Shown here: one piece after another, positions 1 to 9,463 of the stretch
How the letters are laid out: the number at the start of each line of letters is the position of its first letter
Numbering within the stretch: the stretch's first letter is position 1
NCBI GenBank assembly: GCA_035285545.1
Contig: JAYKGY010000036.1
Coordinates: 1 to 64,000, forward strand
Source: Snowella sp.
Lineage (GTDB): Bacteria > Cyanobacteriota > Cyanobacteriia > Cyanobacteriales > Microcystaceae
Direction of reading: 5' to 3'
Length of the DNA: 64,000 nucleotides
Notes under the pieces: model-generated
The model's input: the letters and a program-made list of their open reading frames with translations, nothing else
What the model was told of the DNA's origin: nothing
The model's database searches: none
Position numbers and translations under genes: made by a program

Positions 1-224
1 GACTCATTTGAGAGATAGTTATCCGAGCATTTGCTAGGGAAATAACCGTCCACCTAGCTAGTGAAGTTAGCGTTCGCTAAAATGTACCAATTTCGTTCCT
101 ATTGACTTTTCGGATAGGCTCTTAAGCTTCTTTTTACAAAGTTTTTAACAAAATCGCCATATAGTAGTTTAATAAAATCAAGAAAACGGTAGCGAAAGCG
201 TTCAGCCCTCTAGGATGGGGATAG

Positions 225-2081
225 ATGAAAATTTTATTAATTGAAGATGATGAATTACTGGGGGCATCTTTAGCGAAACTCTTAAGGGCGAATTATTATT
301 TAGTGGACTTAGCGGTTGATGGGCAAGCCGGATTAGAACTGACAACAACGATTGATTATGATCTGATTGCTTTAGCGGTGTCCATGCCCAAATTAGACGG
401 GATGAGCCTCTGTCAGCAATTAAGAAAACAAGGCTACGAGAAAATCATTTTGCTTTTGACGGCGGATAGTTCCGATGAGAGCGCGATCGCGGGATTTGAG
501 GCAGGAGCAGATGACTATCTCATTAAACCCTTTCCGGCGGATGTCTTATTAGCCAAAATCCGAACCCTATTGCGGCGTAGTGGGGCTTTCGTTTCTCCCA
601 AAACCGAAGCATCAACCAATTTATTAACCTGGGGAAAACTCCAATTCGATCTTGATTCAGGACGGGTCACCATCGCAGACCAAGCGATCGCGTTAACGGC
701 AACCGAATATCATCTCTTAGAATTACTGTTACGAAATCCAGAACGAATTTTTAGTCGGAGCGTGATTTTGGATCGGCTGTGGGGATTCGATGAGGCTCCA
801 ACGGATCGGGCAATTAACACCCACATCAAAGATTTACGCAAAAAATTAAAAGTAGGGGGACTCACCGAAGAAATGATTGAAACCGTTTATGGGATGGGAT
901 ATCGACTCAAAGCGGCTCCTCACATAACCGATTCCCCCTCAACCCAGAATCATTCCCGTTTTCAAGCACTTTTAGACAAACGAATCGCCGTCCTTCACCA
1001 AGCCAAAGCCGAGTTAAGGTTAGGAAAATTGGAACCCGCCTTACAGCAAGCTGCCCAACAGGAAGCCCATAAGCTCGCTGGTTCTTTAGCCTCCTTTGGC
1101 TATCCTAACGGATCAAAAATAGCCAGATCCCTTGAACATTTGTTGATAAAAAGTGACTTAGCCTTATTAAGAGACTCCTCGCAATTTTCTGAATTAGTGA
1201 CAACCTTAGAACAAGAAATATCGAAGCAACCGAATACATCTAAAATCCCCTTAAATCCCTTGACTTCATCGCCGAAACCCTTGCAGGTGTTGATCATTGA
1301 TGACGATATTGCCTTGACAGAACGCTTAGAAACGGAAACGGAGCAATGGGGATTCTTTTTGACCCGAATTGAAACCCCGACGGCGGCTCGGTCTTATTTA
1401 ACCTTAGCCATGCCCGATGTGGTGTTATTAGACTTGAGTTTTCCTGAAACCGAAGAAGATGGCCTATCGCTGTTGCAAGGGATAAAAACCCAATGGCCGA
1501 CTGTTCCGATTATCGTTTTTACGGGCAGAGGCAGTCTCAGCGATCGCTTAACCGCTTCCCGATTAGGCGCGCAACAATTTTTACAAAAACCTGCCACCAC
1601 CGAACAAGTCTTTCAAGCCGTTTCCCAAGCCCTGAACAAGCCCAAAAAAGCGGAGGCAAAAATCTTAATCGTGGATGATGACCCCAGCATTTTAGACTGG
1701 TTAACCAATATCCTGACCCCTTGGGGATTAGACGTAACGACCCTGAGCGAACCCCAACAATTTTGGGAGGTTTTAACAACCGTTTTACCCGATTTGATTT
1801 TAATTGATCTGGAAATGCCTCAAATTAGCGGATTGGATCTCACCCAGGTGGTGCGACAGGATGTGACCTGGGGAGATGTGCCAATTCTGGTCGTAACTGC
1901 CCATACCGATGCAGAATCCCTTCAACAAGCCTTTGCCGTCGGAGCAGATGACTTTATCACTAAACCCGTTTTGGGGCCAGAACTGGTGACCCGAATACTC
2001 AGTCGGATTCAGTGCGATTATTTACACCCCAAAAAACAAAATATTGCCCCTGATAGCGGAATAAACAGTCATGATCCCTAA
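225..2081 (+). CDS. RcaC-like multidomain response regulator (REC-OmpR wHTH-Hpt-REC-REC)
   Basis: N-terminal receiver; wHTH (LTATEYHLLELL...IETVYGMGYRL); Hpt (EAHKLAGSLASFG); two C-terminal receivers (PDVVLLDL, PDLILIDL). Confidence 0.9.
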   Translation: MKILLIEDDELLGASLAKLLRANYYLVDLAVDGQAGLELTTTIDYDLIALAVSMPKLDGMSLCQQLRKQGYEKIILLLTADSSDESAIAGFEAGADDYLIKPFPADVLLAKIRTLLRRSGAFVSPKTEASTNLLTWGKLQFDLDSGRVTIADQAIALTATEYHLLELLLRNPERIFSRSVILDRLWGFDEAPTDRAINTHIKDLRKKLKVGGLTEEMIETVYGMGYRLKAAPHITDSPSTQNHSRFQALLDKRIAVLHQAKAELRLGKLEPALQQAAQQEAHKLAGSLASFGYPNGSKIARSLEHLLIKSDLALLRDSSQFSELVTTLEQEISKQPNTSKIPLNPLTSSPKPLQVLIIDDDIALTERLETETEQWGFFLTRIETPTAARSYLTLAMPDVVLLDLSFPETEEDGLSLLQGIKTQWPTVPIIVFTGRGSLSDRLTASRLGAQQFLQKPATTEQVFQAVSQALNKPKKAEAKILIVDDDPSILDWLTNILTPWGLDVTTLSEPQQFWEVLTTVLPDLILIDLEMPQISGLDLTQVVRQDVTWGDVPILVVTAHTDAESLQQAFAVGADDFITKPVLGPELVTRILSRIQCDYLHPKKQNIAPDSGINSHDP

Positions 2082-5000
2082 AAAACAGTACAGCATCTTA
2101 ATCATTGACGATTCTCTTGAAGATCGCACCAGCTATCGTCGCTATCTCCAAAAAGATATTCATGAAAGTTTTGAAGTTTTAGAAGCAGATTCCGCCGAAA
2201 ATGGGCTACAAATTTGTCAAAAAGCTCTTCCTGATGCCATTTTATTGGATTATCTCTTACCCGATATGGATGGGCTGACGTTCCTAGAAATGTTAGTTCA
2301 ACAGTTTGGAAAATCCTGTGTCCCTGTTGTGATGCTGACAGGACAAGGTAACGAAATGGTTGCGACCCAGGCAATGAAAGCGGGAGCCGTTGATTATTTA
2401 ATTAAAAATAACGTGATGGCTGAAATATTATGCAGAACTGTTACCCAGGTAATCAAACAATTTCAACTCCAACAAATTTTGGCTCAACAACAGAAACAAC
2501 AGCAACTGCTCGGAGCGATCGCGCTGAGGATTCGGCAATCATTGAATTTACAAGAAATTTTACAAACAACCGTTGATGAAGTACGGCAATTGCTTCAGGT
2601 AGATCGAGTTATTATTTTTGAATTTGATGAAGATTGGGACGGTAGAGTTAGTTTTGAATCCGTTTGCGAGGAAAAATTCTCAATTTTACCGTTTAATATC
2701 TATGATCCTTGTATTGGAGAAACCTATGTAGAACCCTTTAAACAGGGCTTAGTGACCGCAAAGGCAGATATCTATCAAGCAAATATTAGCCCCTGTCATG
2801 TCGAATTTTTGGAAAAACTTCAAGTGAGAGCTAATTTAGTAGTCCCTATCCTCAAAAATAATCAATTATGGGGCTTATTAGTCGCCCATCACTGTACGGC
2901 TCCCCGTCAATGGCTAGATTATGAAATTCAACTGCTGCAACAAATTGCAGTACAAGTCGGCATTGCCATTCAACAGGCAAATTTATTGGAACAGGTACAA
3001 AAAGACGCGCTTCACAATCAACTTTTGTTTAAAACCTCGTTTGATGGCATTGTGATTCTCGATCAACAAGGTCAGGTTATAGATGCCAATCCTCGTTTTT
3101 GCCAGATGTTGGGCTATCTCCCCGAAGAAGTCCAAAAGCTTAGCGTTTTTGACTGGGATGCTCAATTTAGCGTTCAAGAAATCCAGGGATTATTGCAGAA
3201 TTTTGACGGTGGAATCCTAGAAACCCGTCATCGTCGAAAAGATGGCTCCATGTTTGATGTAGAAATTAGTACGAATTTCGTAGCGATGGCAGAAAATCCC
3301 TTAAGATTTTGCTTTTGTCGAGACATTACGGAACGCAAACGAATAGAAGAATCTTTAAAACAAAGCGAAGCGCGTCTTCGTCTAGCTCAAATTGCCAGTA
3401 ATTCGGGAGCGTGGGATTGGGATCTGGTTAGTAATAAACTAATTTGGTCGCCTGAATATTATCGGCTTTATGGACTAGATCCGAGTACCAAGGCCAACTA
3501 TGAAAATTGGCTTCGCTGTATTCACCCTGATGATCGGGAACTAGCAAGTCAACAAACCCTAAAAGCCTTAAAAGATGATAATCCTCATTTAAGAGTTGAA
3601 TTTCGAGTGCTTCAATCGGATCAAATTCGCTGGTTTGCAGGCATTGGGCAAGTGATCCGCGATGAACAAAAAAATCCCCTGCGGATGATCGGGATTACCT
3701 TGGATATTACGCAGCAAAAGCAGACAGAACTTGACTTAAAACACTTAAATACACAACTAGAACAGCGAGTTGCAGACCGAACCCAAGAACTAACGGCAGC
3801 TAATGAAAATTTATCGAAATTAATTCAAGATTTACAGGATTTACAAGCTGACACAGAAGATCTTTATAATAATGCGCCCTGTGGCTACCATTCTTTGGAT
3901 GCTGAAGGAACCTTTGTTCGGATTAATAATACAGAACTCAGTTGGTTGGGCTATAGCCGAGAGGAAATGCTCAATAAGAAGAAAATTCAGGATTTTATAA
4001 CGGCCGATGGATTACAGATGTTTCAAGAGAATTTTCCGCAATTCATTCAACAAGGAAAGATCGAAAATTTGGAGTTTCAATTAGTTCATCGAGATGGCTC
4101 AATGCGTTGGATGAATGTTAGCGCGACCGCACTTAAGGATGAGGCAGGAAACTTTGTGATGAGTCGCAGTAACTTATTTGATATCACCAAACGGAAGCAA
4201 GCAGAAGCAACCGTACAAAAGCAGATTCAACAAAAGCAATTACTGTGGAATATTCACCAAGCCATTCGTCAATCCTTAGATCTCGACATTATTTTAGCAA
4301 CCGCTACTTCTGAGGTCAGAAAGCTTTTAAGTGTGGATCGGGTGGCTGTTTACCAATTTAATGCGGATTGGAGTGGGGATTTTATCGCAGAATCCGTCGG
4401 CGATCGCTGGGTCAAATTAGTAGAACCAAACGTTCGCAAAATTTGGGAAGATACCTATCTGCAAGAGACTCAAGGGGGTCGCTTTCAAAATAATGAGATT
4501 TTAACCGTTAATAATATCTATACCGCGAATCTTCAACCCTGCCATGTGGAATTGTTGGAGCAATTTCAAGCCCAAGCTTATGCCGTTGCGCCTATTTTTG
4601 TGAATGACAATCTTTGGGGACTGTTGGGCATTTATCAAAATGCGGCTCCCTATGATTGGGATACCTGGGAAATAGAACTTCTCGAACAGATCGCCAATAA
4701 GCTATCCATCGCCATTCAACAATCCCAACTTTATAGCCAACTTCAAGTTGAATTACAGGAACGCAAACAAACGGAAATCGTTTTACGGGAGGCAGAACGA
4801 CGCTGGCGATCGCTGTTGGAAAATGTGCAATTAATCGTTGTGGGGTTGGATCAATCCGGCAATATCAACTACGTGAATCCTTTCTTTTTAGAGCTTTCCG
4901 GCTATCAGGAATCGGAAGTCTTAGGAAAAAACTGGTTTCAGAACTTTTTACCGTTTTCTAAGCAGCCAGTCATTCAAATCGCTTTTTCAGAAAATTTAAA

Positions 5001-5850
5001 TCATAATACCTATCCTCACTACAAAAATCCTATCCTGACCAAATCGGGGGAGGAAAAAATGATTGCTTGGAATAATACGGTCTTAAAAGATAATCAGGGA
5101 AATCCGATTGGTACGATTAGCATTGGGGAAGATATTACCGAAAGACAGAAAATTGAGCAGGTAAAAGACGAGTTTATCGGTATTGTTAGCCATGAACTGC
5201 GGACTCCTTTGATGGCGATTCAGATGTCCTTGGGACTGTTGCAATCCGATATTTACAGCCAAAAACCAGAAAAGGCGAAACGGATGATTGAAATTGCCTT
5301 TACGGACACCAAGCGATTAAGTAATTTGGTCAACGATATTCTCGATTTAGAACGGTTAGAGTCAGGACGGATCACCTTAGAAAAAACCGTTTGCTCAGCC
5401 ACTGATTTGATGCAACAAGCGGTAAATGGCACCCAGGCGATCGCGTCTCAACAACACATTACCTTAGAGATTATTCCGAATCAGGTCATGGTCTGGGCTG
5501 CTGCCGATAGCATTATTCAAACCCTCACGAATTTGTTAAGTAACGCCCTTAAATTTGCGCCTGCTCACTCCGTAATTCAACTTCAAGTAACCCGCCAAGC
5601 TAAGTATGCGCTTTTCCAAGTCCGTGACCAAGGGCGCGGTATTCCTGAAGATAAACTAGAAGCCATTTTTGGCCGATTTCAACAAATTGATGCCTCAGAT
5701 TCCCGCGAAAAAGGGGGAACGGGTTTAGGTTTATCCATCTGCCGCAGTATTGTCGAACGGCATGGCGGAAAAATCTGGGTGGAAAGTGTCTTAGGGCAAG
5801 GAAGTATTTTTTGTTTTACTCTGCCTATTGCAGAAGAAGGTGATCTATGA
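2071..5850 (+). CDS. Cyanobacteriochrome sensor histidine kinase (REC-GAF-PASx3-GAF-PAS-HisKA-HATPase)
   Basis: GAF1 has DPCI and CH. GAF2 has WEDTYLQETQGGRF and PCH. H-box SHELRTP; G-boxes DQGRGI and GGTGLGL. Confidence 0.9.
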   Translation: MIPKKQYSILIIDDSLEDRTSYRRYLQKDIHESFEVLEADSAENGLQICQKALPDAILLDYLLPDMDGLTFLEMLVQQFGKSCVPVVMLTGQGNEMVATQAMKAGAVDYLIKNNVMAEILCRTVTQVIKQFQLQQILAQQQKQQQLLGAIALRIRQSLNLQEILQTTVDEVRQLLQVDRVIIFEFDEDWDGRVSFESVCEEKFSILPFNIYDPCIGETYVEPFKQGLVTAKADIYQANISPCHVEFLEKLQVRANLVVPILKNNQLWGLLVAHHCTAPRQWLDYEIQLLQQIAVQVGIAIQQANLLEQVQKDALHNQLLFKTSFDGIVILDQQGQVIDANPRFCQMLGYLPEEVQKLSVFDWDAQFSVQEIQGLLQNFDGGILETRHRRKDGSMFDVEISTNFVAMAENPLRFCFCRDITERKRIEESLKQSEARLRLAQIASNSGAWDWDLVSNKLIWSPEYYRLYGLDPSTKANYENWLRCIHPDDRELASQQTLKALKDDNPHLRVEFRVLQSDQIRWFAGIGQVIRDEQKNPLRMIGITLDITQQKQTELDLKHLNTQLEQRVADRTQELTAANENLSKLIQDLQDLQADTEDLYNNAPCGYHSLDAEGTFVRINNTELSWLGYSREEMLNKKKIQDFITADGLQMFQENFPQFIQQGKIENLEFQLVHRDGSMRWMNVSATALKDEAGNFVMSRSNLFDITKRKQAEATVQKQIQQKQLLWNIHQAIRQSLDLDIILATATSEVRKLLSVDRVAVYQFNADWSGDFIAESVGDRWVKLVEPNVRKIWEDTYLQETQGGRFQNNEILTVNNIYTANLQPCHVELLEQFQAQAYAVAPIFVNDNLWGLLGIYQNAAPYDWDTWEIELLEQIANKLSIAIQQSQLYSQLQVELQERKQTEIVLREAERRWRSLLENVQLIVVGLDQSGNINYVNPFFLELSGYQESEVLGKNWFQNFLPFSKQPVIQIAFSENLNHNTYPHYKNPILTKSGEEKMIAWNNTVLKDNQGNPIGTISIGEDITERQKIEQVKDEFIGIVSHELRTPLMAIQMSLGLLQSDIYSQKPEKAKRMIEIAFTDTKRLSNLVNDILDLERLESGRITLEKTVCSATDLMQQAVNGTQAIASQQHITLEIIPNQVMVWAAADSIIQTLTNLLSNALKFAPAHSVIQLQVTRQAKYALFQVRDQGRGIPEDKLEAIFGRFQQIDASDSREKGGTGLGLSICRSIVERHGGKIWVESVLGQGSIFCFTLPIAEEGDL

Positions 5851-6227
5851 ATGAAAAAAGAATTTTAATCGTGGACGATGAAGCCCATCTTCGGGAACTG
5901 ATTCAAGCCTGTTTAGAGGATTTAGGGGGATGGCAAGCCCTGACCGCAGCATCTGGAGAAGATTGCTTACAAATTTTAGAATTTGAGTCGGTGGATGCCA
6001 TTTTATTGGATATCTCGATGCCTGGTATGAGTGGCATTGCGGTCTATGAAAAACTTCAGGCGAATCCTCAAACCCGATCAATTCCCGTCATTTTACTCAC
6101 GGCTAAAGTCTTGCCCAGCGATCGCGCTCAATTTTCTCAAATGGGAGTCAGCGGAGTCATTTCTAAACCCATTGAACCTACCGTATTAGTGATCGAGATT
6201 ACCGAAATACTCCATTGGAATCCCTAA
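5847..6227 (+). CDS. Single-domain CheY/RcaF-like response regulator
   Basis: ILIVDD, DAILLD, LLTAK and ISKP motifs intact; ATGA overlap with the kinase stop. Confidence 0.9.
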   Translation: MNEKRILIVDDEAHLRELIQACLEDLGGWQALTAASGEDCLQILEFESVDAILLDISMPGMSGIAVYEKLQANPQTRSIPVILLTAKVLPSDRAQFSQMGVSGVISKPIEPTVLVIEITEILHWNP

Positions 6228-6247
6228 TTAATTTTCTCAAACGCTCC

Positions 6248-6270
6248 ATCTTTACCAAATCTTTATTTTT
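6248..6270 (+). promoter_or_regulatory. Putative regulator-binding motif, copy 1 (ATCTTTACCAAATCTTTATTTTT)
   Basis: 19/23 identical to 6749-6771; 11-bp-period CTTTA direct repeat; about 50 bp upstream of ATG 6321. Confidence 0.5.
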
Positions 6271-6320
6271 GTCAATTAGTTTGTTGACATTGAGCAACCC
6301 AAAAGATGAGGCAGCTAAAA

Positions 6321-6707
6321 ATGATGGCAACAATCACTAAGACAATTTTATTAATCAATGGCGATCCCAACTTACGGGAAGCTATGGCAGATTATTTACA
6401 CTATTTTGGGGGCTGGAACATTTTAACGACACGCGATCCCTTAAACGCCTTAGCTTCTGCCTCTCAAAATCCGCCGGATGCAATCCTGTTTGATCTTTCA
6501 ACCTATGGGATGACTTTTTTTTCTTTTCTGAAACAATTACGTGCTCAACCCGAAACGCAAGATATGCCGGTGATCCTATTAGCTCTTAGCATGACGTGGT
6601 TTGACTTTGAAATGCCCCAGGAGTTGCGAGTGACTGGCGTTATTAACGACAATCCTTCAGCCGATATTGCTAAAAAAATCGCCGCTTTGTTGAATTGGGA
6701 TTGTTAA
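6321..6707 (+). CDS. Atypical receiver-domain protein
   Basis: REC-like sequence (TILLIN, PDAILFD, MPVILLA) lacking the acidic pair and conserved Lys. ORF track starts at 6306; 6321 preferred because GAGG precedes it. Confidence 0.8.
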   Translation: MMATITKTILLINGDPNLREAMADYLHYFGGWNILTTRDPLNALASASQNPPDAILFDLSTYGMTFFSFLKQLRAQPETQDMPVILLALSMTWFDFEMPQELRVTGVINDNPSADIAKKIAALLNWDC

Positions 6708-6748
6708 ATCAGGCTTTTAGAAAAAAGGAGCCTGACCGATCCCGATAG

Positions 6749-6771
6749 ATCCTCATCAAATTTTTATTTTT
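6749..6771 (+). promoter_or_regulatory. Putative regulator-binding motif, copy 2 (ATCCTCATCAAATTTTTATTTTT)
   Basis: Matches 6248-6270; about 50 bp upstream of ATG 6821. Confidence 0.5.
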
Positions 6772-6820
6772 TAGCTTACGAACGGAGAAAAGAAGTAAGG
6801 GGAATCCAGGAGAAGAGAGA

Positions 6821-7204
6821 ATGCAAACCAAAACCATTTTATTAATTAATAGTGAGCCGAATGTTCAAGAATCCATTCAAGACAGCTTCAATCATTTCTG
6901 CGGATGGCAAGTCTTAAAGGCTAGTTCTCCCCACAAAGGGCTACAATTTGCGACTCAAGCCGAGCCAGATGCGATTTTGTTTGATATTTCGACCACTGGT
7001 ATGGATTTATTTGCTTTTTTGACCCAGTTGCGCTCCCAAAGCATTACTCAGCATATTCCTGTCATGATCATGGCAGAAGCAAAGTGGTTACATGCCGATT
7101 TATTACAAGAGTTCGCGATCGCGGGGGTTATTGATTATTCGACAGCGTTCACAAAATTTCCCCAACAGATTGCTCAATTCTTAAATTGGGATAAAAATCA
7201 GTAA
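6821..7204 (+). CDS. Atypical receiver-domain protein, paralog of the previous gene
   Basis: TILLINSE, PDAILFDIST, C-terminal LNWD; AGGAG RBS upstream. Confidence 0.8.
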   Translation: MQTKTILLINSEPNVQESIQDSFNHFCGWQVLKASSPHKGLQFATQAEPDAILFDISTTGMDLFAFLTQLRSQSITQHIPVMIMAEAKWLHADLLQEFAIAGVIDYSTAFTKFPQQIAQFLNWDKNQ

Positions 7205-7254
7205 GCTGAAGGAATAATGCTATTCTAGAAACAATTTTTGCGAAAATTTCTTCC

Positions 7255-8322
7255 ATGTCTTTGGCTGTTTCTTCTCCGCAATTAATGAATTCGATCCGTA
7301 CTTGTCCCATTAACCCGAATCATTGGTATGTGTTGGCATTAAGTACCGAGGTTAAGGATAAACTCGTTGCCGTGACCCTTTGGCATCAGTCGATTGTGCT
7401 TTATCGCGATCGCCAAGGAACAGTCCATGCCCTCGAAGATCGTTGTCCTCACCGTAACGTCAAACTCAGCGAAGGAAAAATCATTGGAGACGACATCGAA
7501 TGCGCCTATCATGGTTGGCGACTCAATGGCACAGGGCATTGTAGCGTTATTCCCTATTTAACCGAAAAACAAAAAATTCCCAACTGTCAAATTCGAGTCT
7601 ATCCCGTCCAAGAATTAGATGGATTTATTTGGGTCTTTCCAGGCGATTTAGACCATTTAGAACAGACGAACATTGAGCCGATGGGACTCCCTGAATGGGC
7701 TCATTTAAACTATATTGGCTCGGTCGCAACCATTGATTGCCAAGGACATTTTTCCTTCTTAATTGAAAATTTAATGGATATGTATCATGGGCATTTACAT
7801 GATAATTACCAAGCCTGGGCATCGGCAAAATTAGATAAACTTACCGCAACAGAAAACCGAGTTGATGCCTACTACGAAGCCCAAAGCTACTATAAAATCG
7901 ATAAAATTTGGTCAATTTCTCAGCTTTTCTTCCCTGCCCTCCGACAATTACATCCCGAACCCCTAACCGTCAGCTATTGTTATCCCCACTGGGCATCCAC
8001 ATTAGGAAATGATTTCAAAATTTATTGCCTCTTTTGTCCCGTCACTGAAACCCATACCCGCGCCTATTTAGTTCACTTTACTTCCCTGAATGCCTTCCCC
8101 AATTTGCATAAATCCCCTATTTGGGTACGTCAATTTTTTAAAGATAAATTATTTAATGCCGCCAAAAAGTTACTAGAAGGATTAATTGAACAGGATGTCC
8201 TAATGATTGAACAAGAACAACAATTTTATTTAGCCAATCCCCAACAACGGGGCTACGAAGTCAATCCCACCTTAGGAAAAGTCCAAATGCTCATCCGTCA
8301 ACAAGCCCAAGGCATTCATTAA
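7255..8322 (+). CDS. Rieske non-heme iron oxygenase alpha subunit
   Basis: CPH...CAYHGW Rieske motif; ENLMDMYHGHLH mononuclear Fe motif. Confidence 0.9.
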   Translation: MSLAVSSPQLMNSIRTCPINPNHWYVLALSTEVKDKLVAVTLWHQSIVLYRDRQGTVHALEDRCPHRNVKLSEGKIIGDDIECAYHGWRLNGTGHCSVIPYLTEKQKIPNCQIRVYPVQELDGFIWVFPGDLDHLEQTNIEPMGLPEWAHLNYIGSVATIDCQGHFSFLIENLMDMYHGHLHDNYQAWASAKLDKLTATENRVDAYYEAQSYYKIDKIWSISQLFFPALRQLHPEPLTVSYCYPHWASTLGNDFKIYCLFCPVTETHTRAYLVHFTSLNAFPNLHKSPIWVRQFFKDKLFNAAKKLLEGLIEQDVLMIEQEQQFYLANPQQRGYEVNPTLGKVQMLIRQQAQGIH

Positions 8323-8392
8323 AAATCCGAAACTAACCCAAATTAATTATCCTAGAGCTATAAGCAAAAAATGAATTCAAGGCGTTTTGATT

Positions 8393-9460
8393 ATGCTGAG
8401 GTCACTAGAAATTGAAAACTTTCGTTGTTTCCAGTCTTTTGAGCTTCAGCAGCTTGGCAGATTAAATTTACTTGTTGGTACTAACAATAGCGGTAAGACA
8501 TCTATTTTAGAGGCAATTCAACTACTTACTTCTTTCTCTAACTTTGAATCATTAATAGATTTAATGCTGAGTCGCGGTGAGTGTATTTTGAACAATGAAC
8601 AAGTTGCTGAGCTAGATATTCGTCACCTGTTTTATGGACATAACGTTGATGTAGGTAGTTTTTTCTCAATATTTGGATCAAATGATAGCAAAGGAGAAAG
8701 AATGGTTATATCGATAGAGAAAGGAGAAGAGAAAGGAATATTTAAAGATTTACAAGACCTTATATTTACTGCGAAATGGTTAGGCGAAGAAGAAATTGAA
8801 GGATTTAAGTTACCATTATCTCCTAAAAAATGTTTACTATCGGATCACATTAAACGAGTTCGCAGAGAAATTAATAGCTCAGCGTCAAAAACACAATTTG
8901 TAACATCGACCTCATTGACAACCAAAAAAATGATTGAGTTTTTTGATCAAATTGTTCTTACACCAGAAGAAGATCTGATCAAAGAGGCACTTCAAACAAT
9001 TGAACCAAATTTTGAAAGAATCGCACCAGTTAACTCAGAAAAGCATAAATACATTGGTTTACGAAGTGGCTTTCTTGTAAAATTTTCTAATAGTGATCAG
9101 CGTATTCCTATTGGTAGTATGGGGGATGGAATATGGAGAATATTAGGTCTGACATTAGCAATTGTTAATGCAAGAAATGGCATTTTGCTTGTTGATGAAA
9201 TTGATACAGGGCTTCATTTTAGTACGATGTCTGATATGTGGAAATTGGTTTGGGAAACAGCAAGGCGACTTAATGTTCAAGTATTTGCTACCACCCATAG
9301 CCGTGATTGTTGGGAAAGTTTAGCAACCATTGCTAATGCAGAAACTCCGAGTGAAGAAGGTATTACTATTCACCGAATCGAGAAAGGAAAGACAAAGAGT
9401 ATAGTCTTTAATGAACGACAAGTTGTTATTGCGGCTGAACAAGAAATCGAGGTGCGATAG
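8393..9460 (+). CDS. ABC-type ATPase (AAA_15/AAA_21-like)
   Basis: Walker A GTNNSGKTS, signature MGDG, Walker B LLVDEIDTGLH, H-loop ATTHS; no TM segments. Confidence 0.85.
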   Translation: MLRSLEIENFRCFQSFELQQLGRLNLLVGTNNSGKTSILEAIQLLTSFSNFESLIDLMLSRGECILNNEQVAELDIRHLFYGHNVDVGSFFSIFGSNDSKGERMVISIEKGEEKGIFKDLQDLIFTAKWLGEEEIEGFKLPLSPKKCLLSDHIKRVRREINSSASKTQFVTSTSLTTKKMIEFFDQIVLTPEEDLIKEALQTIEPNFERIAPVNSEKHKYIGLRSGFLVKFSNSDQRIPIGSMGDGIWRILGLTLAIVNARNGILLVDEIDTGLHFSTMSDMWKLVWETARRLNVQVFATTHSRDCWESLATIANAETPSEEGITIHRIEKGKTKSIVFNERQVVIAAEQEIEVR

Positions 9461-9463
9461 AGC

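Noticed and set aside
225..7204. Naming the cluster rcaC/rcaE/rcaF or ccaS/ccaR
   Set aside because: GAF classes and kinase architecture differ, no phycobiliprotein genes are adjacent, and I found no TTGCACA-N4-TTGCACA L-box.
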